Below are positions 49,186 through 56,731 of a DNA stretch of 64,000 nucleotides, piece after piece. A program made the translations under genes and the position numbers. Position 1 is the stretch's first letter; every line of letters begins with the position of its first letter. The notes under the pieces were generated by a model that saw only the letters and a list, made by a program, of their open reading frames with translations, was not told the DNA's origin and searched no databases. Source of the DNA: Ancylobacter novellus (lineage in GTDB: Bacteria; Pseudomonadota; Alphaproteobacteria; Rhizobiales; Methylopilaceae); NCBI GenBank assembly GCA_003241695.1, contig QFPN01000007.1, positions 72,954 to 136,953 on the forward strand, given 5' to 3'.

Positions 49186-50232
49186 TTATACCATCAGTCC
49201 GATCATGAAATTCAATCGTCGCTCTCTTACGGCCTCGTCAGTTGTCGCCCTACGGCTATCTTGAATAAATTGACGCTCTTCCCTCTGCAGGGTTCCTGTG
49301 TCTGCAGTCTCGAAAATCTCTCCGAGGCGGTCCAGTCCATTCCGAGCGGCCTGAATTTCAGATACTGACTGGAGCGGAAGACGCTCAGCGGTAGCGCCGT
49401 CTAAGCCAAACAAACAATGCGCGATGGCCGTGAAAAGAGAGTAGAATAAGTGGATTCTGACTAGCTCCGTCGCGCTAATCCCTTCCGGGAACAATTCAAA
49501 TATCTTTCTAATAACCTCATCAAAGCGATCCTCGAGCCCTATCACGTCATGGGGGAAGTGTTTTTCATATCTCCCATAATAGACCTTAATCTGCTTCTTT
49601 GACTTAATGCCCTCACACATGGCTATTAATAAGTCCGCAACCAAGTTTATTTCCTGCATTCTCAATATTTGACGTTCCGATAGAAGTTTTTGAGAAATCC
49701 AATAAGAGTTGTATTTATATCCGATCTTGTCAGCCAGAACTTTAAATTCACTAAAGTGATTTGCGTTCAATCGTTCTTGTTCATTTAGGGTGACTGCGTA
49801 TGAATTTAGACGTCCAAAAATATCTAGGATTTCTGAGTCAGGTAGATTGGTTAAAAGATCCGCGGCAATCTCATAAGCTAAGATCTGAGATTGAACGTCT
49901 TCAGGAAGCTGACTGAAGAACAAGCCGCCGTAATCTGAATTCTGTTTTTTGCTTATTTTAAAGCCGTCTTTAACATAGGAAAGTATGGTTCTAAGTCTTT
50001 GCTGCCCATCAACAACCTCTCGGGCTGCAGTTTTCGTAGAGACGTTGATTTTAGCTCGCATGAAAATCTTCGGTATAGGCTTCCCGCGAATTATTGTATC
50101 CATCAGAAAGCTTTTGGCTTTGTCACTCCATACCGGGCGGCGCTGAAATGCAGGATTTAACTCAAGAGATCGTTGCTTATCCCATTCAATGAAGTCATGT
50201 ATGCTGTACGTACGAGAGTCAAAACTTTTCAT
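49186..50232 (-). CDS. DUF262 (GmrS/ParB-Srx-fold) protein
   Basis: PAFQRRPVW, VVDGQQRL, IFGRLNS motifs; AT-rich. Confidence 0.92.
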   Translation of the reverse strand: MKSFDSRTYSIHDFIEWDKQRSLELNPAFQRRPVWSDKAKSFLMDTIIRGKPIPKIFMRAKINVSTKTAAREVVDGQQRLRTILSYVKDGFKISKKQNSDYGGLFFSQLPEDVQSQILAYEIAADLLTNLPDSEILDIFGRLNSYAVTLNEQERLNANHFSEFKVLADKIGYKYNSYWISQKLLSERQILRMQEINLVADLLIAMCEGIKSKKQIKVYYGRYEKHFPHDVIGLEDRFDEVIRKIFELFPEGISATELVRIHLFYSLFTAIAHCLFGLDGATAERLPLQSVSEIQAARNGLDRLGEIFETADTGTLQREERQFIQDSRRATTDEAVRERRLNFMIGLMV

Positions 50233-50332
50233 GATAGTCTGCCAAGCTCGTCGAGAAAAAGGTCTGCAGTCCTTCGTGAAGCGAGTGCCTGCAGACCACT
50301 CTTACACCGTTCTGTACAGTCGAGAAGCAACC

Positions 50333-50472
50333 TTATGGGTTAGGTTGCCGGTACGTCGGCCGCTTGCCTTGATCCCGACAGCCGCCTTCGCAGTGCGCTG
50401 CACTTCGTTAACGCCAAGCGCCGTGCGGGCGTTGTACCGAAATTCAAACTCCGCGAGGTAGCGGTGCAGGTG
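50333..50472 (-). pseudogene. IS1595-family transposase C-terminal remnant
   Basis: HLHRYLAEFEFRYNARTALGV..GIK, then KRPTYRQP* in a shifted frame. Confidence 0.8.
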
Positions 50473-50853
50473 GTCCGCAAAGGCGAGGCGATCCGGCGGC
50501 TTGAGAAGAAGGGACGGCCGCTTCCCGCCCACTACCTCGCAAAGCCGGACATGTGGCAGGAAAGCGAGTTCTTCTTCGACGCGTTTTGGCGTCTCAGCCA
50601 GTCTCGATCGGTCGGGATGGGCGGGGCGATTCCGTTCGAGGCCGTCGACCGCTTCGCCGAGCGGTCGGGCATTCAGTCCGGCAGCGAGTTCGATCGCTTC
50701 GAGCGCATAATCCGCTCGCTGAACGACGAGTACCTATCCCGCCGCCAGCCGAAGGGGCGTGGCGAGGCAACCAATACAGCCAGCATGAAGGACGCCGGGG
50801 GCGTGCTCGCAGTGCCGCATCGGCACGCCGAGAATTCGACGCCAAAGGATTGA
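50473..50853 (+). pseudogene. fragment resembling a foreign phage tail-assembly-chaperone extension
   Basis: FFDAFWRLSQSRSVGMGGAIPFEAVDRFAERSGI..FERIIRSLNDEYL; no clear start. Confidence 0.55.
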
Positions 50854-50870
50854 GGTAGTGTTGGGGGCTG

Positions 50871-51248
50871 TCAGGCCCCCGCCCTCCGCCCTGGCGCAGC
50901 GGCGACTGGCGGCGCTGCGCGAACGCAGTTCTTCCGGAATGAAGCTTTACGGATGGCCTCCTGTTCGCCCTTCAGGCGAGCGATTTCGGGAGCGATGTTG
51001 TCGCCCGAGAGGGAGGAAACCGGGAGCCCGATGAGGATCACGCCGACTGTATCGTTGGCGCGCGCCTTCTCCTGCTGGGTAGATGCATTGGCGAGCGCCG
51101 CAGTAAGGCGCGCACTCTCTTCTCCGAGCTGCGCGCAGGAATAGCTCTGATAGCTCACCTCGCTGACGTAGGCGGGGGCGATGCTTTCAGGAGATTTTGC
51201 GCAGGCTGACAGGGCCAGCGCGGACGCGGCGGCAACGAAAAGGCGCAT
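50871..51248 (-). CDS. lipoprotein
   Basis: GAGG RBS; lipobox LSA-C; AYVS..YQSYSCAQL..IARLKGE..C. Confidence 0.82.
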   Translation of the reverse strand: MRLFVAAASALALSACAKSPESIAPAYVSEVSYQSYSCAQLGEESARLTAALANASTQQEKARANDTVGVILIGLPVSSLSGDNIAPEIARLKGEQEAIRKASFRKNCVRAAPPVAAAPGRRAGA

Positions 51249-51779
51249 CTGGATTTCCTCAACCGGAGATCGCGCCTTCTGCCACCGGAGAGGCCCGCAG
51301 GGTTATCAGTAGAATTACGTAGTTGTCACAATGTCGCCGCATATGAAGCGCGCAAGCCACAGTTCGGACGCCGGCGAGGTCCTGGGCTGCTGCAGGGGCT
51401 GCGGAGGGGGAAGGATGATTCGCCGGGATGGAAGGATCCACGCCAATTCCTACCCGCTAGCGGTTTCGAAGCTATGATTACAAAAATATTTGTCGGTGTT
51501 GCGTGTCCGACAACGGAGCCCGATCGCAGTTGCGCGCTGAATCGCCAATGGAAGCCCGTAGGCGGCGATTTTTGCTTTTTTCGTTAGCGGGGCCGCGTCT
51601 CTCGAAAATGACGCTAGTGGCCCTCCTAACGAGTTTCGGCTTGTCAGATCGGCGGCCCACGCATTGGAACAGCGATTGACCGTTGCCCATCTAGAAAATT
51701 AAGTGGTGTCGCGAATGCCCCACAAAGGCCGTCAAGGTCTTGACAAATGCGAAATTGCATTCGCGAGAGAGGTGATTCT

Positions 51780-52112
51780 ATGGCTGTCGCAAAAGTGGTG
51801 GCTATCGAAGCGAACGTTCTGTGGCAGGCGGTCAAGAGCGCGTCCTCTGATCGTTGGATCGGTGTCTGTGAAGAACTGAACCTGTCGACAGAAGCGGATT
51901 CCCTCGACGAGCTTCATAGTCTTATCCCCGAAACTATGCACCTCCTCTTTGCCGATTTGGTTGAGGAGAATGAGTTCGCGGATTATCTTACCGAGCGTGG
52001 GTGGAAGGCAGGCGATTTGCCCGACATGACGCGAGGTGACCTCGAGTTCGATGTCCCTTGGAAGATGATTGCCGAGGGTCAATCGAATGGTGCCGAACGA
52101 CGCAGTCACTAA
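51780..52112 (+). CDS. HicB-like antitoxin lacking an obvious C-terminal DNA-binding domain
   Basis: GAGG RBS; WIGVCEELNLSTEADSLDEL..IPETM; acidic. Confidence 0.65.
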   Translation: MAVAKVVAIEANVLWQAVKSASSDRWIGVCEELNLSTEADSLDELHSLIPETMHLLFADLVEENEFADYLTERGWKAGDLPDMTRGDLEFDVPWKMIAEGQSNGAERRSH

Positions 52113-52308
52113 TGTTCTGAGGGCGCATAATTTTACCTTCAAACGCCAAAGCGATCGGATGATGCTTTGGCGCCAGAGGGGATCGCAAAGGCGGGTTCAG
52201 GTTCGTAGGAACGGTTCTCACGATCCAGATTACGTGAAAACACTTCTGCGGCAGGCCGGTCTGACTATCGAAGAGATCGACGCTTTTTTCCGGTCGATCA
52301 ATTGCTGA
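52087..52308 (+). CDS. HicA-like small basic protein
   Basis: VLRAHNFTFKRQ..MLW..RVQV..YVKTLLRQAGLTIEE; overlaps the hicB-like gene. Confidence 0.65.
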   Translation: MVPNDAVTNVLRAHNFTFKRQSDRMMLWRQRGSQRRVQVRRNGSHDPDYVKTLLRQAGLTIEEIDAFFRSINC

Positions 52309-52327
52309 GAGATGGATCTAGATTCCC

Positions 52328-52356
52328 AAAAGGGCGGTCTTCGGGCCGCCCTTTTT
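52328..52356. terminator. bidirectional intrinsic terminator
   Basis: AAAAGGGCGGTC-ttcg-GGCCGCCCTTTTT between convergent genes. Confidence 0.85.
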
Positions 52357-52409
52357 CGTTCAGCCCTTCGGCGTCTTCGGAGCCTTGCCGTGCTTCGCTT
52401 CGTATGAGG

Positions 52410-52754
52410 CTAGATCAGGTCGTCTTCGTCGCGCTTGGTGCGGGGGCGCTTGCGGATGCGAGGTTCGGTGTCCCCGGCTCGGAGAGGGTCGTGCTCTCTC
52501 TCGAGGCGTTCCGCGACCAAGGCTTTTTCAACTCTGCTCAGAATGGACTTAATCTCTGATAACTCACGGCTTGTGAGAGAAGCGCGGTCGTCGTTTAGCC
52601 AAGCTAGGCCGTTTCGATCGGAGAAGGACTTCTCCAAGCGTTCGATTATTTCCGCATTCATCGAGCGTTTTTTAGCGGCCACTTCGGCGAGCCGGCTTTG
52701 AAGGGCGCGTGGTAGGCGCAGCGTAATGCGGACAAAGTCGTCTTCTTCGTTCAT
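52410..52754 (-). CDS. Arc/Mnt-family ribbon-helix-helix repressor
   Basis: RITLRLPRALQSRLAEVAAKKRSMNAEIIERLEKSF. Confidence 0.9.
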   Translation of the reverse strand: MNEEDDFVRITLRLPRALQSRLAEVAAKKRSMNAEIIERLEKSFSDRNGLAWLNDDRASLTSRELSEIKSILSRVEKALVAERLEREHDPLRAGDTEPRIRKRPRTKRDEDDLI

Positions 52755-52761
52755 TGCCTAT

Positions 52762-52815
52762 TGACACGAGCGTCGTGTCACTCCAGCCTCATGACACGAC
52801 GCTCGTGTCATGAGG
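52762..52815. promoter_or_regulatory. two TGACACGA-N3-TCGTGTCA operators
   Basis: 52762-52780 and 52792-52810 are exact reverse complements; TTGACA at 52761. Confidence 0.8.
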
Positions 52816-52820
52816 GGTCA

Positions 52821-53051
52821 ATGGAAAGTTCCAGCTCAATCGGTAGGCGGACACTGAGGTTGCCGCAAGACGCGCTCGCCGCCGTCAGACGGTGGGCATC
52901 CGAAAATTTGACCTCGGAAAATGCAGAAATCGTCCGCTCCATACGAGAGCGGATGCAGACGACGGCGGAGGCCAGCTTTGCCGGCGCAACCCCCGCCGTC
53001 GTCCCGAACACCGCCGCCTGCCAGGGCGGCAATGAAATCACCCAAGGCTGA
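52821..53051 (+). CDS. Arc-like RHH protein
   Basis: GAGG RBS; TLRLPQDALAAVRRWASENLTSENAEIVRSIRERM. Confidence 0.8.
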   Translation: MESSSSIGRRTLRLPQDALAAVRRWASENLTSENAEIVRSIRERMQTTAEASFAGATPAVVPNTAACQGGNEITQG

Positions 53052-53064
53052 AAAGGAGCCACGG

Positions 53065-53841
53065 ATGACGGACAAGGATATGCTGACGAACGAAGCGGAG
53101 CGCCACCCCATCGTGCGGATCGAGACCGGCGAGGCCATGGCCGACAGCCGGGACGTCGCCGCCTACTTCGGGAAGAACCACTTCGACGTTCTCAAGGCGA
53201 TCCGAAACATGGCGTGCTCGGAGGAATTCCGGGAACGCAATTTTGCATCGATTAAAATCAAAGACTTAAGCGGAGAGAGCACGTCGCACGTCACCATGAC
53301 GAAGGACGGGTTCATGTTCCTTGTCCTCGGGTTCACCGGCGCAAAGGCCGCGAGCCTGAAAGAAGCGTACATCGGCCAGTTCAACGCCATGGAGCGCGAG
53401 CTGATGGCGCGGCGCGGCGTCGACCCCTTGGCTGTGCTGAACGACCCCTCCGCGATGCGGGGGCTCCTGCTCAACTACTCTGAAAAGGTGCTGGCGCTGG
53501 AGGAAAAGGTCGCGGACATGGCGCCTGCCGTCGAAGCCCTCGATCGCATCGCCGAGGCCCACGGCACCTTCTGCCGCTCGACGGCCGCCAAGATGCTTCA
53601 GATCCCGCCGCATACGCTCTGCCGCTGGCTGCGCACGAATGGCTGGACCTTCCGCCGACCCGGCGACAAGGACGATCTCGCCTACCAGTCAAAGATCGCC
53701 TCGGGCATGCTCGAACATAAGGTGACGACCGGCCAGCGGCCCGACGGCACGGAATGGTCGTCGACGCAGGTCCGCGTCACCGGCAAAGGATTGACCGCTT
53801 TGGCGAAGGCCTTCCCGCCGGCTGCCCAAGAAGTCGCCTGA
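53065..53841 (+). CDS. antirepressor (Rha N-terminal + KilAC C-terminal domains)
   Basis: AGGAG RBS; DSRDVAAYFGKNHFDVLKAIR..MTKDGFMFLVLGFTG..YIGQFNAME; AAKML..QVRVTGKG. Confidence 0.92.
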   Translation: MTDKDMLTNEAERHPIVRIETGEAMADSRDVAAYFGKNHFDVLKAIRNMACSEEFRERNFASIKIKDLSGESTSHVTMTKDGFMFLVLGFTGAKAASLKEAYIGQFNAMERELMARRGVDPLAVLNDPSAMRGLLLNYSEKVLALEEKVADMAPAVEALDRIAEAHGTFCRSTAAKMLQIPPHTLCRWLRTNGWTFRRPGDKDDLAYQSKIASGMLEHKVTTGQRPDGTEWSSTQVRVTGKGLTALAKAFPPAAQEVA

Positions 53842-53914
53842 CCTGACCAACTGAACCGACCGCGGGCGATAAGGCCCGCGCCAGCCCTGGAACGCCGATC
53901 GGGAGATCAGGCGA

Positions 53915-54259
53915 ATGAGCGCCCACGTCCCTAACACCTCCTCGCTCCGTGATCTCGACCTTGCGGAACTTCACGCAATGCACAGCCTCCTCTGCGCGGG
54001 CGTCGCGGCCGTCGTCGACCAACTGACCCAGCCGCGGTTCTCGGCGGCGGTGGAGGCTCATTTGCTGGAGGCTGTCCGTCCGATCAGCGAGTTGAACGAG
54101 GCGGTTATCGCAGAGACCAAGACGCGGAGGCCCAAAGGCCGACGCGAGGCTGAAATGAAGTTCGAGATGATCGTCGGTCGCCATCTTCGCGCGGGCGAGA
54201 TCGAGAGGGCGCTGGCCGACTGCGCCGCGCTCGGCCCGGAGTTGATCGGAGCACGCTGA
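53915..54259 (+). CDS. hypothetical phage protein
   Basis: 114 aa helical ORF after the antirepressor. Confidence 0.55.
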   Translation: MSAHVPNTSSLRDLDLAELHAMHSLLCAGVAAVVDQLTQPRFSAAVEAHLLEAVRPISELNEAVIAETKTRRPKGRREAEMKFEMIVGRHLRAGEIERALADCAALGPELIGAR

Positions 54260-54303
54260 CATCTCGAAGAGCCGAGGAAGCAAGGAATTTCCACGGCACC
54301 GAA

Positions 54304-54353
54304 ATAGGCAAACACTTATTGACAGAGATAGGCACAGTCCTATTATTGCCTAT
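54304..54353 (+). promoter_or_regulatory. putative OL operators with PL-like promoter
   Basis: ATAGGcaaacaCTTAT (54304-54319), ATAGGcacagtCCTAT (54328-54343); TTGACA (54319) N16 TATTAT (54341). Confidence 0.75.
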
Positions 54354-54494
54354 GCGTGACGAACCAGGGATCTGCAAATGCCTAGAAAAATTGATTTGCC
54401 GCGAGCCGCCGGCCCGCTCTGCTTCTTCGACGCCGCAATCAACGGCCTTCGTCGCGTATTCGCCCCTTCCTTCCTGCTGACGGAGGCTTGAGCC

Positions 54495-55196
54495 ATGATC
54501 ACCGCTACGATCGACCCGCCTTCCCGGAAGAGGGCAGCGCCGAAGCTCTCGGCCGCTCAGCAGATCGACAAGATCGCTTCTTCCTTCTCTTCGCCGCCGA
54601 CGATCGACGAAATCCCGGATCCCCTGCGCGACGCGCTAGTCGAGTATGCCGCGTTGGAGGCGGCTTGCGATCGCGGAGAGTGGACCGACGACGAAAAATA
54701 CGACGCGGAGGAGGTGCGCCTCTGTGAAGTGTTCACGAGGCTAGACCCCACGACCGCCAAGGGCGCCGCCGCGGCGCTTCGCTTCATCCGGAGGGGGATG
54801 GGCGAAGACGGCGTCGGCGAGCACGTCTGCGACCTGCCCTTGCTGGAAGCGGTGCTCCGGTTTTTGGAGCGCGAGGACCCGCGGCCGGAAGCCGTCAGCC
54901 GCCGCGTCGACGCCGACCCCGTCTTCGCGCTGATCGAACGACACGATGCATTGTGGCCTCGCGTCGAAGAGACCGAGACCGAAGACGATGACAATCCCGA
55001 GTGGTTGGCGGCCGCCTCCGCCGCTTGCGACGCGATGCGGGATATCGCGGAGTGCGAGCCAACGACGCTTGCCGGCTGCCGCGCCGCAGCGGTCTACATC
55101 GCCGAACACCCGGCCAACAAAGGGTATGCCGACTACGAGCTCATTCTGAACGCGTTCAGCACCCTTGCGCGATCCTTGAAGGCGCATGTCGCGTGA
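54495..55196 (+). CDS. hypothetical phage protein with internal duplication
   Basis: GGAGG RBS; two DP..PTTxxGxxAA units. Confidence 0.7.
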   Translation: MITATIDPPSRKRAAPKLSAAQQIDKIASSFSSPPTIDEIPDPLRDALVEYAALEAACDRGEWTDDEKYDAEEVRLCEVFTRLDPTTAKGAAAALRFIRRGMGEDGVGEHVCDLPLLEAVLRFLEREDPRPEAVSRRVDADPVFALIERHDALWPRVEETETEDDDNPEWLAAASAACDAMRDIAECEPTTLAGCRAAAVYIAEHPANKGYADYELILNAFSTLARSLKAHVA

Positions 55197-55456
55197 GCGC
55201 GACCGTGATCCCGTTTCCGCGGCGAGCGCGTCAGAGCGAGGTTCGTGACCTGCGAACCTATCGCCCTCCGCGTGGCGAGTTGATGAAGTGGGAGGACTTC
55301 GAACGAGGCGGAGCTTCAAGCACGTGGGTGGTCGACTGGTGGGCCGGTTCCGAAGACAGCGCCTGCATGATGGGACGCTTCGCGACCGAGGCTGAGGCTG
55401 ACGCCTACATCGATCGCTGGAACAGACAGCACCCTGTCGATCCGGGGGCGGCATGA
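55193..55456 (+). CDS. hypothetical phage protein
   Basis: GTGA overlap; MSATVIPFPRR. Confidence 0.6.
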   Translation: MSATVIPFPRRARQSEVRDLRTYRPPRGELMKWEDFERGGASSTWVVDWWAGSEDSACMMGRFATEAEADAYIDRWNRQHPVDPGAA

Positions 55457-55692
55457 ACGGCAAGCCGCTCCATAGCTATCCGGAGCCGACGCAGGTCGCC
55501 CTGTTGAAGAAACAGATCGCAGGTGTGGAAGCGGCCCGCGTCGCTGCCGTCCAGTTCGCCGCCGCCGAGACGAGACGCGCCGACGGTGCCGAGCACGAGG
55601 TCAGGTCGCTGACGCTCGAGATGGGCCGGATGCGCCAGCAGCTTGCGCGGGCGTCCGTTGAGCTTGCCAGCCTGAAGGGGAGGGGAGAATGA
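55453..55692 (+). CDS. hypothetical coiled-coil protein
   Basis: ATGA overlaps on both sides. Confidence 0.6.
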   Translation: MNGKPLHSYPEPTQVALLKKQIAGVEAARVAAVQFAAAETRRADGAEHEVRSLTLEMGRMRQQLARASVELASLKGRGE

Positions 55693-55892
55693 ACGCGATC
55701 GATCTCGAGAACGACCGCCTTCTGCGGATTTCGGAGGTTTCCCACCGGACCGGCTTGGCGGCGTCGACCATCTACAAGAAGATGGAGGACGCAGGGTTTC
55801 CGAAACCGATCAAGCTCGGGACGCGCACTGTCCGTTGGTGGCAGTCGCAGGTGGCGGAGTGGGTCAAAGAGGCGTCGCAAGCGGCGGACTAA
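55689..55892 (+). CDS. AlpA-family excisionase/recombination directionality factor
   Basis: LLRISEVSHRTGLAASTIYKKM..FPKPIKLG..VRW; adjacent to attR. Confidence 0.92.
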   Translation: MNAIDLENDRLLRISEVSHRTGLAASTIYKKMEDAGFPKPIKLGTRTVRWWQSQVAEWVKEASQAAD

Positions 55893-55912
55893 ACCGGGTA
55901 AAAAGCCGGGTA
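55893..55912 (+). repeat. putative integrase arm-type site (right copy)
   Basis: Identical to 3404-3423. Confidence 0.75.
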
Positions 55913-55963
55913 AAATCTGCTGTTGCGACAAATTTGCTATTAGTTTCAAAGGGTGTTGACGGA

Positions 55964-55977
55964 CGCTCCCTCCGCCA
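55964..55977 (+). repeat. attR core CGCTCCCTCCGCCA
   Basis: Identical to the tRNA 3' end 3277-3290. Confidence 0.92.
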
Positions 55978-56055
55978 GCCAATTCCGATCATCGTTTCTC
56001 GACGCCCATTGCGGCTACATCAGCTTCAGGGCTACGCCATCGCAGGACGAAAGGC

Positions 56056-56400
56056 CTAGCCGAGCCGGACGGTCGCGAAGCGTCCGACGCTGACGCCGTG
56101 CATCTCGCGGAGCTGGGCGTCCTGCCTCGGAAGGCCGCGCCCCTCGGCGGAGACGCGGGCCTCGGCCAGAGGACGTCCGGACAGCTCCGCCACGAGGCGG
56201 CGCAGTTCCGCGTTTTCCCGCCGAAGCGCCTTCAGCTGGCGCACGCCGGACGGGGTCAGGCCGTCGAACTTCCGCTTCCACCGGTAGAAGGTTCGGATCG
56301 AGACATGGGCGTCGGCGCAGACGGCCTCCATCGATGCGCCGCGCGCGACTTCGCCCAGCAGGACGACGATCTCCTCATCGGTCAACCGGGACGCAGCCAT
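56056..56400 (-). CDS. orphan IS3-family OrfA-like HTH protein
   Basis: RLTDEEIV..VC..VSIRTFYRWKRKFDGL..LKALRRENAELRRLVA; no orfB follows. Confidence 0.75.
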   Translation of the reverse strand: MAASRLTDEEIVVLLGEVARGASMEAVCADAHVSIRTFYRWKRKFDGLTPSGVRQLKALRRENAELRRLVAELSGRPLAEARVSAEGRGLPRQDAQLREMHGVSVGRFATVRLG

Positions 56401-56478
56401 CGCGCCAACCTCCCGCCATTCGAGCCCAATCTCGGGGCGTGCTCAAACTGAATGCAGAGTGAGCCTGTCCGCATCGGC

Positions 56479-56495
56479 TGGCAACCGTCTTGCCA
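56479..56495. promoter_or_regulatory. candidate sigma54 -24/-12 promoter (fits both strands)
   Basis: TGGCAAccgtcTTGCCA gives GG-N10-GC in both orientations; upstream of a nitrogen-uptake operon. Confidence 0.55.
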
Positions 56496-56731
56496 ACAGC
56501 GCCCGCCTGTTCGCCTCGGACCGGGAGGCTCGGCCGCTCTCGGCGTTACGAGTTGCGGTTCCGCCCGTGCGCGCCGCGTCGCCGTTCCGGGCGATGTCAA
56601 TTTTGACATTGGTCGCGCCGCACGCTTCGGGCGCCCAATCCGAGCGCGCGAGGCGCGCTTATTTGATCTTGTCGAAGATCCGCGACGGTCGTCAGCTTCG
56701 GGCAAGGCAATCTTTCTGAAAGCTTGGCGCC

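Larger units (their letters stand above)
3277..55977. mobile_element. temperate prophage (lambda-like head, Mu-like contractile tail) integrated in tRNA-Ser
   Basis: 14-bp direct repeats at both ends, integrase at the left end, AlpA at the right end, contiguous head/tail/lysis/replication/immunity modules. Confidence 0.95.

Noticed and set aside
56056..56400. Active IS3 element
   Set aside because: No orfB/DDE domain, frameshift window or terminal repeats seen.
56610..56731. ANTAR dual-hairpin leader upstream of urtA
   Set aside because: Could not identify two convincing hexaloop hairpins with a terminator.
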